A stretch of DNA of 64,000 nt from Chiloscyllium plagiosum (Eukaryota). Under the pieces are notes generated by a model. That model had not been told where the DNA came from. It was given only the letters and a program-made list of their open reading frames with translations, and ran no database searches. The translations under genes were made by a program, and so were the position numbers. Positions within the stretch are counted from its first letter, which is position 1; each line of letters opens with the position of its first letter. The stretch is taken from positions 74,498,330 through 74,562,329 of the forward strand of contig NC_057718.1 of assembly GCF_004010195.1 (NCBI RefSeq), given 5' to 3'. This document shows, piece after piece, positions 26,409-39,899 of this stretch.

Positions 26409-27329
26409 TCAAAGTTTGTGAGAAGATTTGTAGCTCGGGTGCTCGTTGCTGTGGTTCTGTTCGTCCCCTGTCTAGGTGACATCTAGGAAATAGAGAATAA
26501 ACACCGGATCATCAACTCCACACTCACAGGAATCCGATTCACGAGAGAGGAAGAAAAGGACAACCAACTCCCATTCCTAGACGTGAGGGTACAGAGAACA
26601 TCAAACGGAGAATTCACCACTGAGGTACACAGGAAAGCCACACACATAGACCAAGTCCTGAACTATGAAAGCAACCACCCCAATACACACAAACGAAGTT
26701 GCATCAAGACACTGTTCAAAAGGGCCACAACACACTGCAGCACACCAGAACTGCAAAAAGAGGGAGAGGAATACCTATACAAGGTATTCGCAAAAAACGG
26801 ATATCCTCGCAATTTCATCAACAGATGCCTAAGGGAGTATGCGTGTGTGTTGTGCGTATCTCAGTATTTTTCAAAGGAAAATATCAATGTATATATTTGC
26901 AATATCCTCTCGTCATTCCTCATTCCTTCATAATTTGAGTAACTTTGTTTTGGTCATAAATGTGTTGTTGCTGTGGTTCTGTTCGCCGAGCTGGATGTTT
27001 TTGTTGCAAACGTTTCGTCCCCTGTCTAGGTGACATTCTCAGTGCTTGGGAGCCTCCTGTGAAGGGCTTCTGTGGTGTTTCCTCCGGCATTTATAGAGTG
27101 CCATCCACAATCTCCATCAACAAACACATCGACCTGGACCCAATATACCGGCCACTACAGCGGACAGCTGAAACTGACAACCGGAAGCGGCAGGGACAGG
27201 CCACTATAAATGCCGGAGGAAACACCACAGAAGTCCTTCACAGGAGGCTCCCAAGCACTGAGGATGTCACCTAGAAAGGGGATGAAACGTTTGCAACAAA
27301 AACTTCCAGCTCGGCGAACAGAACCACAG
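26409..27329. mobile_element. Rearranged Penelope-like element (family B, Poseidon-like) insertion
   Basis: Exact 13-bp TSD CATGGAAATTTGG (26396-26408/27330-27342); RT C-terminal fragment IRFTREEEKDNQLPFLDVRV...VHRKATHIDQVLNYESNHPNTHKRS...NGYP (26490-26835); inverted terminal repeats ~26968-27096 vs ~27203-27331. Confidence 0.88.
27255..27294 (+). ncRNA. Minimal hammerhead ribozyme motif (PLE family B)
   Basis: GCA-CTGAGGA-TGTCACCTAGAAAGGGGAT-GAAA-CG-TT-TGC: stem I GCA/TGC, palindromic AACGTT stem III; the inverted copy 27006-27045 has a mutated core (CTGAGAA). Confidence 0.65.
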
Positions 27330-28427
27330 CATGGAAATTTGGGATTGTATCAGATCCAAGGAAGGAGCATTCCAAGTCAGCTAAAGACCAAAAGACCCGA
27401 GGATTGAGAGCAATTTAGAATTCTGCAAAGGAGGGCAAAGGGATTAATTAAACCAGGGAAAACAGAGTACAAGAGCAAATTTGTGGTGAACATACAAACT
27501 GATTGTAATAGCCTTTGTATCTGAATTGTATCTGATTGTATCTGAAAAGAGAAAGATTAGAAAGACACTGTAGATCTTTTTCAATGAGGAAGAAGAGAAG
27601 TTATAATAGAGAACAAAGAGATGGCAGATCAATTAAAGACATATTTTGGTTCTGTCTTCATGAAGGAGGGCATAAATAACATCAAAAATTTGGAAAATAC
27701 AAGTTCGAGTCAGAGGCAGGAACTGAAGGAAATCAGTATTAGTAAGGAAATTGATGGGATTAAAAGCTGATAAATCTCTAGGGCCCGGTTAACCTACATC
27801 CTTGCGTGCTTAAGGAAGTAGCCCTAGAAATAGTGGATGCACTGGTGATTATCTTTCAAGATTCTGTAGACTTTAGAACAGTTCCTACAGATTGGCAAGT
27901 TGGTAATGTTATACCACTATTTTAAAAAAAGTAGAGAGAAAATAGGGAATTACAGACCAGTTAGCCTGACATTGGTAGTCAGGAAAATGCTAGAGGCCAT
28001 TATAAAAAATTTAATAGTGGAACATAGTCATACAGTCATAGAGATGTACAGCATGGAAACAAACCATTCGGTCCAATTCGTCCATGCCGACCAGATATTC
28101 CAACCTAATCTAGTCCCACTTGCCAGCACATGGCCCATATCCCTCCAAACCCTTCCTGTTCATATACCTTTTAAATGTTGCAATTGTACTAGCCACCACC
28201 ACTTCCTCTGGCAACCCATTTCACACACGCACCACCCTCTGCGTGAAAAAGTTGTCCCTTAGGTCTCTTTTATATCTTTCCCCTCTCACCCTAAACCTAT
28301 GCCGTCTAGTTCTGGACTCCTTCACCCCAGAGAAAATACCTTGATCTTTTACCTTATCCATGCTCCTCAAGATTTTATAAACCTCTATAAGGACACTTGG
28401 AAAACAATAACAAGATTGAAGACAGTC

Positions 28428-28612
28428 GTGAGTGTGGTGTTGGAAAAGCACAGCAGGTCAGGCAGCATCCGAGGAAGAGGAGAATCGATGTTTCAGGCAT
28501 AAGCCCTTGATCAATTCTCCTGCTCCTCGGATGCTGCCTGACTTGCTGTGCTTTTCCAGCACTGCACTCTCGACTCTGATCTTCAGCATCTGCAGTCCTC
28601 ACTTTCTCCTAT
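28428..28612 (+). mobile_element. Fold-back PLE family A insertion in CR1
   Basis: 16-bp TSD AAGATTGAA(G/C)ACAGTC (28412-28427/28613-28628); inverted arms. Confidence 0.88.
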
Positions 28613-30639
28613 AAGATTGAACACAGTCAGCATGGATTTGCCAAAAAGAAATCATGCTTAGAAAATCTATTGGAAATTTTCAACGGATGTAACTGGTAAA
28701 GTTGATAGGTGGCAGTCAGTGGATGTGATTTACTTGGGCTTTCAGAAAACTTTTGACAAGGTCCTACATAAAAGATTAACATAAAATTAAAGCACATGAT
28801 ATTGGGTACAGTCTACTGACATGGATAGAGAACTTGGTAGCATGAAGGAAACAAAGACATAAAATAAATGCACCATTTTCTTAGTGGCTACCAGTAAATA
28901 ATGGTGTACCAGTGTGTGGACCTCAGCTATTCACAATGCACATTAGTGATTTTAATGAAAGAACTAAATACAATATTTTCATGTTTGCAGACAATGCAAA
29001 GCTGGGAGGGAGGGTGAAGTGGGAGATAGAGGCAGAGATGCTTCAGTGTGAGTTGGACAAGTTGAGTGAGTAGGCAAGTGCATGGCAAATGAAGTATAAT
29101 GTGGGTAAATGTGAGGTTGTCCATTTTGGTAGCAAAAATGGGAAGGTAGTTTTGTTATCTGAATGGTCACAGATTGGGAAAGGAGGAAGTACAATGAGAT
29201 CTGAGTGCCCTGCATAGCATATGCTGAAACAAAGCGTGCAGGTGCAGCAGGTGTTGGTGAAGGCAAATTGCACGTTGGACTTCATAATAAGAGGATTCAA
29301 GTACAGAAGAGGGGATCCTTTTCGTCAATTATACAAAGTTTGGAGAGAGACCACACCTGGTGCTTTGTGTGCATTTTTTCATGTCTCCTTACTAGACTGA
29401 TTTCTGGAATGGCATGACTGACATACGAAGGATTGGTTAGAACTATATTCACTGGCGTTTATAAAACTGAGGGGGACTTCAGGGAAACCTATAAAATTCT
29501 AATAGGACGGGACAGGGTAAACGCAGGAAGGATGTTCCGATCCAGGGTCATGGTCTAAGGATACTGGATAGGACATTTAGGACTAAGATGATCGAAATTT
29601 CTTCACTCAAGATGGTGGCGAGCCTGTGGAATTGTCTATCATAGAAAGCATTTGATGCCAAAACATTAAATGTTTTCAAGATGGAGGTAGTTAGTTGTCT
29701 TAATGTTAAAGGGATTAAAGGATAAATGGAAAAATAGTAAAGTGAAAGTAGGAACAGAGTTGATCATATTGAATAGTGGAGCAGGTTTGAAGGGTCAAAT
29801 GGCCTACCCCTGCTCCTATTTTCTATGTTTCTATGTTAGGCAGTTGAACTAATTGAAGACTTGGGATCCGCAACATTTCTGACATTAGATATTGAGTCAC
29901 TGTGCGCCTTGCAAGTCAAGCAAAATCACTTTTGTTGGTCAGTCGGTCATGAATATTTTGCAAATTCAGACTAGGAGATGGGCCACAGTACTTTCCTTCA
30001 CCTTTCTAGATGGTAGTGATTGTGTGGTTAGGGGTTCAGGTGGTGTTGTCAAGGGGCCTTACAAATTTCTGCAACTGACTGCAACAAACAGAAGTTCTGA
30101 AGAATACCACCTTGATCTGAAATACAAATGTCAAATGTGCTTTTGATTTCAAGAAGAATAAACCCTAAGTGAGAGGAGTGAGTAACATTTTTGAAAGGAT
30201 CTGGACTCAATGGCTGGAATGTATGGTCAACTTCAATAATCAAGAGTACAATGTTTATTCAAGGTACAGCATCTGTCTTCAATTCCCAAATAAGCATCAT
30301 AGCTACATAACTCTCAGGGCCCTCCTTGAGTAGTGGAAGTTCCCTACCTCTTTAACAAGAAGCCTGTTCCAGAGGTGTGTACCATGTCTGTACAAAGTGA
30401 TTTAGAAAATATGATTGCTACATATCTCACTATCCAATTGTAACCTGATCTCATGAAGGACTGAGTCAAAGCAGTTTGTGGCCTGAATGGCATCTTGTGA
30501 TGCCAGAGCATTACTAGGAATGCAAGCAGTGACATTTCAGCTGCCATATCCTCATTCACTAGGATGAAGGGTGGAGGAGATGGTCCAGAAGAAGTTTGCG
30601 AGATTGATATCTGGTTGTCCTATGATCACTGGACAGCTA

Positions 30640-31045
30640 GCTTTGTTTTGACTGGAGTTTAGAACACTGAGGAGTGAATTGATTCAACTGTGTAAGATCC
30701 TGAAAGGTATTGACAAGGTAGATTATGGAAAGAATGTCTCCTCTTGTGGGTCAATCCAGGACTAGGGAAACTTTTAAAATGCGGAGTCACCCTTTCAGGG
30801 TAGAGATGGCTTTTTTTCTCTATCAGAGGGCTGTATGAATTGGGAACTCTTTGCTCAGAAAACAGTATAGGTGTAGTCACAGAATATTTACAAGACAGGG
30901 TGAATAGATTCTTGGTAGATGAGGAAAAGGCCATCATAGGTACATAGAAATGTGGAATTCAAAACAAACAGATCAGTCATGATCTTACTGAATATGCAGC
31001 AGGTTGAAGGGTCTGGATTGTCTACTTCTGCTCCTATTCTGTATG
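30640..31045 (+). mobile_element. CR1 LINE 3' end (old)
   Basis: Degenerate LEFRTLR...KILKGIDKVD, CTGCTCCTATT 3' UTR. Confidence 0.7.
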
Positions 31046-31189
31046 TTTGTAGAAGGAGTAGGACAAGAGCCACCATGTCGAAGGAGAACTTTCACACAAA
31101 AAAAATCTACTGTACATACTTTCATGGAACTATCTCCAGAGTAATAACAGTTTGCACGATGCCTATATCTGATACTGGATGAGGATCTA

Positions 31190-31522
31190 GAATCATACAA
31201 TCCCTGCATTGCAGATAGAGACCATTTGGCCTATTGAGATTGCACTGACCCTCTGAAGAACATCTCAACCAAACTCACCCCCTGCACCCTTATCCCCATA
31301 ACCCTGCATTTACCACCTGCTAATCCACCTGGCTTGCACATCTCTGGACACTAAAGGAGAATTTAGCATGGTCAATCCACCTAACCTGCACATCTTTGGA
31401 TTGTGGGATGAAACTGGAGCTCCCAGTGGAAGCTTACACAGAAAGGGGAGAATGTGTAAAAAATGAACATTTGAACCCCGGTACCTAGTGCTATGTGGCA
31501 GCAGTGCTAAGTACTGAGCAGG
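31190..31522 (-). mobile_element. V-SINE (diverged)
   Basis: V-domain and tail, reverse complement. Confidence 0.8.
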
Positions 31523-34292
31523 TTGAGCACTCCCATTGACTGATATGGATATTCATTTGCTTTATCTGTGCAACAAAATGGTGACCTTTTGTTTTAACTT
31601 TGTTCCTGATTTCATGGCCTTGGTAAAAGCTAAATCTTGTGCACAAACCTTGCACTGGATAACAGTGTTACACCTGTAATGCATTAACAACTTCTGCAAC
31701 CATGTGCTCCTGGATAATTAAGCAAAAACAATCCTTGTGCCAAAGACACATGAGTCACAGTCTACATCCTGACGAATACTGCAGAGTTGTCTCACATCTG
31801 GGGAAAGCTCCATATACTGTTTACACTGTCATTACACTTCACTGTGTCTTTGTGATGCCTGAGTATTATCACTGACAATGCTTCCACTAACATGATGAAA
31901 CTCTATTGCGTAGTTGTGCCAATAAAGAATCTAAAATGGAATACATTGATACCTTTGCTGCAGGCTGGACAGATAGCCAACAGGCTTATCAGATTGTTAG
32001 ATTGGTCAATGCACTCAAATTTAGAGCCTTTGTTGTCATAGCTTTGTTGAATCATTCATGTATTTTAACTCACATTCTATACAACTTAAGGATAATTTCT
32101 ATGCTTTTCAATTTTATCACTCTAGAACTGCTCTTTGAACATAAATTTTTAATTGCCAAGATTTTTCCTTTATTCTTTCATGTGATGTGGGCATCGCCAG
32201 CAACACCAGAATTATTACCCATCTTTTCCTAATTTGCTTTTATCTGAGTGGCTTGCTGGGCCACTTCAGAGGGTTGTCAAGAGTTAACCACATCTCTGTC
32301 GGTCTAGAGTAATCCATAGGCCAGATCAGGCAAGAATGGTAGATATCCTTTCCTAAATGATATTAGTGAACTAGATGAGTTTTTACAACAACCAATGATA
32401 GTTATCTTGTTTGTCTTCTGGATTTATGAATTAATTGAAGGCAAATTCCATGAACTGCCATGATGGAGACTGAATCTATATTCCCAGAACATTAACTCTG
32501 TCCTCTGGATTACTTACTCAATGGCAATGCCACTACAACATCAAGTCCAAGTTATTTATGTGAATGGTAAACAATGATGGTGGTTCTAGCATTAATAATT
32601 GTGGCATATCTCTTTCCTTGTTTTCGCTACAGCTCCTCTCTCATCCCTAGGATGATTCTAGTAAATGTGTTTTATATTTTATCTAAGGACCTTGACATTG
32701 TTTGTAAAGCATGATGCCCAGAATTAAACAGAATATTCCATAATATAAAAGTTTAGCATATCATCTTTGCTGCTTACTTTTTTATTTAATAACATAAAGA
32801 ATTCTGCATATTATTTAAAACAGACTTCCCACATGTCCTGTCGCTGCTAAAGCCTTGTATATATACATTCCATAGCCACAATTTCAACACTTTTAAAATT
32901 GTATCATTTAGCACATATTAGCTCCTTTTATTCTTCATAACAAGTTCAGGTACCTAGAAAAGTTAATACTTCTATAAATTTTGCTTACATGTTTGCTGAT
33001 TTCACCAACCTATCCACACCCCGCTTTACATTATCAAGATTCTCCTTGTTGGTTAGTGCATATATAACTTTTGCACTATCTGCAAATTTGAAATTAGGCC
33101 TGCCTATCCAAGTCCAAATTAGCAAAAAGAACAGTGCTCCAACTTCCTGAGGAATACAATCAGACACTTGCCCTCAGTCTGACTTTATCAAGTACTTCCT
33201 TCCCACTAGGTCCTTTCTTCATAAAGATAAGGAATGTTAAACATGTTAGAGTTCTGTTTAACATTAGACTTCTCAGAGTAGCTCTTTTCCTTTTATCTAA
33301 ATTCGTCATCATATGTGGTCACTCATAAAAAAAAGCTTTAAAAAAGTTTTTATATTTGCATGTAAATAATGTACTGGGCAGAAAATTAATGCTGTAGATA
33401 GTAAAGAAAACTTTAGAATGATTTTTTGTTTTTGAATGTAGACAATTATTCAATTTATGAATTTATTTAATGCTGTCAAATTATTATAGCCATATGAACT
33501 CAGCCAGAGCAGTTACAGCCATGGATCCTTTACAAAATATGACACCAGCACAACAGCACAGGGAATTCCAGGCCTGTTTTCACAAGAAATAACATAACTA
33601 TCATCAAACCTTGATAGTGCAACTAAATCATGTATTTCCTCTTGTCTTATCAAGTTATTATAACACAATTTATATTCCCAAAAGTATTATTTTTTGTTCC
33701 TCTTCATTGAGATAAGAACTTATTTTTGTGAAGTTACTCGTTCTAAAGACTCTAAGCCAGACTCAGAAGGTTGCAATTTCAAGACTCACTCCAGAGAATT
33801 GAGCAAACAGTCCAAGCTCGCTACAGTATAATGATGAGGTTGAGACATTTAACTGAGTATGCTACCTCTGGTGGACCTATGAGATCTCTTGCAAGTACTT
33901 GTTGAACAGGGAGGTCTTACAATCTTCTGGTGAATATTAACCTTCAAAAATCCAAGTTCTTCCCTTAACAGAAGTATAACTCACTGTGATAATATGAATA
34001 GATATTTATTAACTTTTATATATGTTTTTGTCTGCTGATGCTGATGCGAAAACCATCACTAGCTAACAGAGTCAGAACCTCCATCTTTTTCTAAATTTCT
34101 GTTGTTTGTAAATGTCCTGTATCCTTCATGGTTCAGGTCCCAACCCACGTCATTCTGAAGTGATGTCGCTGTCATGGCTACCAGATCATACATATCTATT
34201 TCTATTTGTACTCTTGGTTTACCCATTTTGTTTAAAATGCTAAGTGCATTCAGATACAAGGCCTTAATTTTACACTTTTATTCTCTTTATAA

Positions 34293-34577
34293 ATTAGATT
34301 ATTTACAGTGTGGAAACAGGCCCTTCGGCCCAACAAGCCCACACCGCCCCTCCGAAGAGCAACCCACCCAGACCCACTCTCCTACATCTAACTCAATGGG
34401 CAATTTAGCATGGCCAATTCACCTAACCTGCACACTTTTGGACTGTGGGAGGAAACCGGAGCACCCGGAGAAAACCCACGCAGACACGGGGAGAATGTGC
34501 AAACTCCACACAGACAATCGCCTGAGGCAGGAATTGAACCCAGGTCTCTGGCGCTGTGAGGCAGCAGTGCTAACCAC
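34293..34577 (-). mobile_element. V-SINE
   Basis: V-domain, B box, (AATCT)-type tail. Confidence 0.9.
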
Positions 34578-35254
34578 TTATGGTCTTAGTTCTCGGTTGA
34601 CTTTTAAATTCATACTCTCTCTCCATTCCTTCACTCTTTTTATCATTTTCCATATTAATACCTTTCTCTTTGGTCACAATTCTACTCTTTGATCAACCAT
34701 AGCTTCTCAAGTTTTATTCCTTTCCTCCTTGATTCAGTTTAGATTCCTATCCACTACCCCAGTTATATAGCTGCCAAGAACAGAAGCCCCATCAAGGTGC
34801 AGGTGGACACTGCCCATCAGTAGATCCCACTTTCCCAGTGCTGGTGCCTGTGCTCCATGAAGTGGAACACATTTTTCCCACACCAGTCTTTGATTTACGC
34901 ATTCATCTCTCTAATGTAATTTTCTTTATGCCAATTTTCACATAACTGCTAATAATGCAGAGATTAGGGCCTTTGAGGTTCTACTTTTTAATTTGGGGTC
35001 TAGCTCTAGAGTCTGATAAAGTTTATCTTGATAGCTCTAGATAAACCTCACTCTTTATCATTTCTATTTCATGCACCACGATGATTGGATCCTCTCCTTC
35101 CCATTTAAAGTTCCTCTCTAGCCCTGAAGAGATTCCTGAACCCCGGCACCAGGCAGGTAACACAACTTTCTAAACTCTTATTTTTTACTGCAGAGAACAG
35201 TGTCAATGCTCCTCACTATACTGTTCCCTACTACCACTATATTTCTTCTTACTC

Positions 35255-35910
35255 GCCACACAAACCTTATTGAGTTCTTTGAGAAGGTGACCAAACAGGT
35301 GGGTGAGGGTAAAGCCTGTATATGGTGTATATGGATTTCAGTAAGGCATTTGATAAGGTTCCCAATGGTGGCTACTGCATGGGATTGAGGGAGATTTAGC
35401 AGTTTGGACCAGAAATTGGTTAGCTGAAAGAAGACAGAGGGTGGTGGTTGATGGGAAATGTTCATCCTGGAGTTCAATTACTAGTGGTGTACTACAAGGA
35501 TCCACTGCTGTTTGTCACTTTTGTAAATGACCTGGATAAGGATGTAGAAGGATGGGTTAGTAAATTTGCGGACGACACTAAGGTCGGTGGAGTTATAGGT
35601 AGCGTTGAAGAATATTGTAGGTTACGGAGGGACATGGGTAAGCTGCAGAGCTGGGCTGAGAGGTGGCAAATGGAGTTTTAATGCAGAAAAGTGTGAGGTG
35701 ATTCAGTTTAGAAGGAGTAACAGGAATAAACAGTGCTAGGCGAATGGTAAGAATCTTGGCATTGTAGATGAGCAGCGAGATCTCGGTATCCATGTACGTA
35801 AATCCCTCAAAGTTGCCACCCAGGTTGATAGGGCTGTTAATAAGGCATACGGTGTGTTAGCTTTTATTAGTAGAGGAATTGAGTTTTGGAACCATGAGGT
35901 CATGCTGCAT
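35255..35910 (+). mobile_element. CR1 RT fragment
   Basis: TNLIEFFEKVTK; PLLFVTFVNDLD...SKFADDTKVGG...WAERWQMEF. Confidence 0.9.
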
Positions 35911-36374
35911 GGAGAAGTTGACAACTTTCATGGAGAGTCATATTAACCAGACCACTCAACAGTACTGGATATACGAGGAACACATCTGCACTCCCACATA
36001 TGCTGTGGCAGACAAGAGGGAGACAAGGCACTTTGACATGCTTCTAGGTGATCTTCTTTCTCCTGTAGACAGAAAGGTGCCAATGTGCAAAGAGAAAGAA
36101 GTGAGAGTCTGATGTTCTGGGGGCCTCCTCTCAAGGCATTCTAAGTATGTACGGGTGCTTCTCAATCAATCTGTCAGTGACCCAAACACCTCCAGCAGAC
36201 TTGGCTACAGAGAAAGCAACTGGACCTCCAAGCCTCAGGCATGCAGAGAGCACTCACCAAGGTTATCTCATGCCATAATGCAACACAATCAGCAGCCTCC
36301 CTCCACATCAGCTTAAAGTGCTGAAGTTACATTTTGTTAGAGCACATGGATCTGTGTTATGATGTGGGGGAGCC

Positions 36375-36590
36375 AAAACTGAAACTTGCAATCCATTCCA
36401 AAAGATGAAAGACTAAACAATCCAGGTTTGTTCAATATATCACTGTATGACACTGTAGTTTTCTGCTATAAATTCTGTGTCTTATGATCTTATATTTCAC
36501 AACCACTTGATGAAGGAACAACGCTCCAAAAGCTGGTGCTTCCAAATAAACCTGTTAGACTGTAACCTGGTGTTGTGTGATTTTTAACTG
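36375..36590 (+). mobile_element. PLE family C 3' terminal fragment (degenerate hammerhead ~36503-36540)
   Basis: Homologous to 52005-52229. Confidence 0.8.
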
Positions 36591-37052
36591 GATCCATGCT
36601 GGAAAGAGCATTTAGAAACTCTAGGGTAGCATAGGTGCTTATTTTCTGAACATTTTCACAGTTGATGGTTGTGTTTTAGTATGTAATATTTGTGCATGGA
36701 TTTCTGCATCTTTTAAAGGACCATGCAATGCTTTTCAAATTTTACAATTTTACATACCATCAACTACTAACTTCTTGTCTCCCAATCTACAATTACTCTA
36801 CCCAACTTCACAACACTTCTCCCTCGGGATCAATCACTTGCTTACCGGTCTCCGATTCAATCATCATTAAGAGGTGTCCACAGAAGATTAGCATTTTCAT
36901 ACTCACGCTAACTTCAGCAATGTTCTTAATTACAGACTTCACCACGCAACTGCGTCACATATATTTACATGCAATCTTAATCTATTCTGATTGTCGTCCT
37001 TGGGTCAAGGATCCTGCACCTGAAGCTTGTTGGTGGTCCCTTTAAATCCTGT

Positions 37053-37083
<31 letters not shown>

Positions 37084-37114
37084 ATACCAGAAAAGCAGGC
37101 CAGCCTGTTATAGT

Positions 37115-37890
37115 GTTAACTCCTACATATCTTTAGCTGAGTGGGATGTCTCAATTTACCAACTCCATTTTCATTCATAAGTGCGCTCCTGTTTCCTGTT
37201 AATGTTACCTCATGAGGTACATCCCATGAGGGGGCAACAAAGCTCCCTTATTTGGAATGATTTTCACCAGGACCTTTGATCCTGGGGCTAGCATTTTTCT
37301 CTGTTCTGCGCATCCCTCAGACTCCCAGTCCTTAAAATGCTGCTGGTTGCATGCCTGTCTGTATGGGTAAATGCTCACAGTATGGGTATGGGTAAATGCT
37401 CACAAAGGGATTTCATATAATCCCAGACTTGTTTCATGCTGTCAGTCAGTTCTACTCCCCCTGGGGGAATGTCATTGCTCCTCCTGTCATGTGCTCAAAG
37501 GGTGTTAGTGCAGTGGTACTCGAGGGAGTTGCCCTCTGGGCTATCAGGATGGCTAGTAGGGAAAGAGTCCATTTAACCCCTTCTCCTATCAATGCCTTAG
37601 TCAGAACAATTTTTAGTGTTCTGTTCATTCTCTCTACCATTCCTGAGCTCTATGGATGGTAGGGGATATGATACTTTTGTGTTATTTCCAGGAGTTTACA
37701 TGCTTCCTTCAGCTATTTACCTGAGAAGTGTGTCCCTTGATCTGAGTCTAGTTGAAGGGGGACCCTCCCCCAACCTACGTATTATTTCAGCTGCCAAATA
37801 ATTGCTACTGAAATTGCGATACAGTCTGCTGTGGGGAAAGCTTCTACCCATCTTGCAAACTGGTCGACCGTGACCAGACAGAATTTCTTG
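37115..37890 (-). pseudogene. Endogenous retrovirus (class I, gamma/epsilon-like) integrase relic
   Basis: Manual translation across frameshifts: FCLVTVDQFARWVEAFPT...VPLQLDSDQGTHFSG...YHIPYHP*SSGMVERMNRTLK...RATPSSTTALTPFEHMTG (DDE triad). Confidence 0.8.
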
Positions 37891-38160
37891 TGCTGGGATT
37901 CACACCCCCCTTTCTTATTTTGCACACCCCAGTGTCGGGATTCACAACCCCTTTTACTTATTTTTTCAGATTAGTGCTTTCTTGCATTGTTTGCTTGCTC
38001 TTGTGTTATTTTGCATGCATCTGTGCTGTTTCATGCGCTCTCGCACTGGGCGCCTGCTTCCACTATGCCTGTGATCTTGACCTCTCCCACTATCTCCAAT
38101 GAAAAAGTTTGTTTTGTGCTCTGGCTTACAGAAGCACCACTCCCTCCCAACTAAGTGCCA

Positions 38161-39170
38161 TGCTAACTAAAATGATGGCAAATAAACATTCTCATCCAAA
38201 TCTTGACTCAAGATGTGCTGGCCTTAGGCCTGTAGGAGTATAACTCCATGAAGACTCAGGAAGCAGACAGGATTCAGGCAAGTGGAAGCTGTTTATTCAA
38301 GCAGAAATCAGCTGATGCAGGGCCAGGGCCAAAGGATTTTTCCCTAATCTGGTCTCGGTGTATGAACTCAATTATTCGCTTAAACTTTAGCTCAGATTGG
38401 AAGAGACATCAATGACACACTCTCATTTTACAGTAAAAGGTAGCATTCTTATACATTTTAAGTTACAATGATCACATGCAATGTGGTCACTATGTCGTTC
38501 CCTCTTACCCGTATACTCAATCCTATGAGACATCTAATCAATGATGGGCATTCCTATGGAAAGCCCCAGGTTTCCATGATCTTAATGTGTTTAACAGACA
38601 CTCCTTTCTGGAATCCAGAAACTCACATGGGGGAGAAGCCAAACTATTATGGCAAAGACCTTCCCATTTCCTCTTCAGATAAGGTCTGATCTGTACTTCT
38701 TTCCTGCCCCCGGCAGAGGACACCAAGATGAAAGTCTCCACACTCTCTTTGTTTTGCATTCTGCTCTCATCACCCACTGTTGCACAGTTGCCATGTTTTC
38801 CAAGTAGGTCAAGTCTGTTGGTATCCTTTCCTTTGTTGGTGTCAGGGCTGGTCATCCAATACACCTTCACTGATCTTGGTCCGCTCTTCTGGGTTGTGCA
38901 TTCCTTTCTTTCTATTAGCAGAATTGGTGGATGAATCTCTGCACAATGATCATATGATCTCTTAAGCTAGCATCGATTTAGCACATGATGGGAACTCTTG
39001 GATGTTTCCCTTATGTGTCTATTCTTATTTGTTGAACCCGGGAAGCTAAAGGAAGATCTTCTTATTCAAGTGCAGCAATTCCTTATATGACATATGCTCC
39101 TGAGCATGAAATTCTTTTTTTCAGCTGACTGACCTGACCTCATATGTGCCATTGTGCATTCCACAGATAA
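38161..39170 (-). mobile_element. Possible 5' LTR of the ERV relic
   Basis: Starts with TG directly after ...CCA (PBS-like TGGCACTTAGTTGGGAG on minus strand), TTTATT near 38293; far boundary and TSD not found. Confidence 0.3.
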
Positions 39171-39899
39171 AATTCAGTATTCTTAGCATTCAGTTTTACT
39201 TCCCCAGCAGTGCAGGGGGGCATCATAACCCAGTTGTGACCCTGCTCATATGTACAATGCTATTTCTGACTGCTGCTGACTTCTGCTGATTTCTACTTTC
39301 AGAACTCCTTGATCACATTAGAGAGTCACCTGCTATACTTATACTGTACATCACCTTCTGATGTTCTTGTGTGGCCTGAGGAAATCCTGTACATTACATC
39401 ACTAAACTGTGAAGGTAGGCAATGTGACATTTTCCTGCTCACAGTTGTCTGGACTCATCATTGTTGGTGTACTATACACAGGGATTTTGATGATTCTTCA
39501 GTGGCAGCACAGAATTGGGACAGACATTAGGTACAGAACAGAGAGGATAAGATGGCTTCTGGAATGTGACAACAATGGTGATGAAATGTCTCCGGGGACA
39601 CAATATCAAGTTTCACAAAGATCATCATGGTGATCCTGCAAGCTCCTTCGCTCTACAAAGAGCTCTGGTCAACTTTTATAAATAGTATGATAACCTGTCC
39701 TCATTATCACCTGATACCAGGGTAGTTCACTTCCTGCCTGCAACTGACAGTTAATGCACCAGGCCAGTGCTTCTATCCTATGAACTGATAAGCCACTGTG
39801 TAATTACATTGTGCCAACTAATTCCACCCAAATGGCACTTCTGGGTTGATTGTGAAAACCCACGCTGTCATCAAAGCATTTCTGCCAAATGTTTCACGT

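Larger units (their letters stand above)
26100..29836 (+). mobile_element. Degraded CR1 LINE ORF2 with nested PLE and CR1 insertions
   Basis: GNYRPVSLTLVVRKMLEAIIK (27900-28020), FQKTFDKV, FADNAKLG; (TTTCTATG)n tail at ~29820-29836; nested minus-strand CR1 3' end ~28024-28395. Confidence 0.85.

Noticed and set aside
39303..39414. Candidate plus-strand exon (TTTCAG|AAC...GAAG|GTAGGC, 112 bp, one open frame)
   Set aside because: Isolated, peptide unrecognised, no partner exons found, and on the opposite strand to the other weak candidate; compatible with chance.
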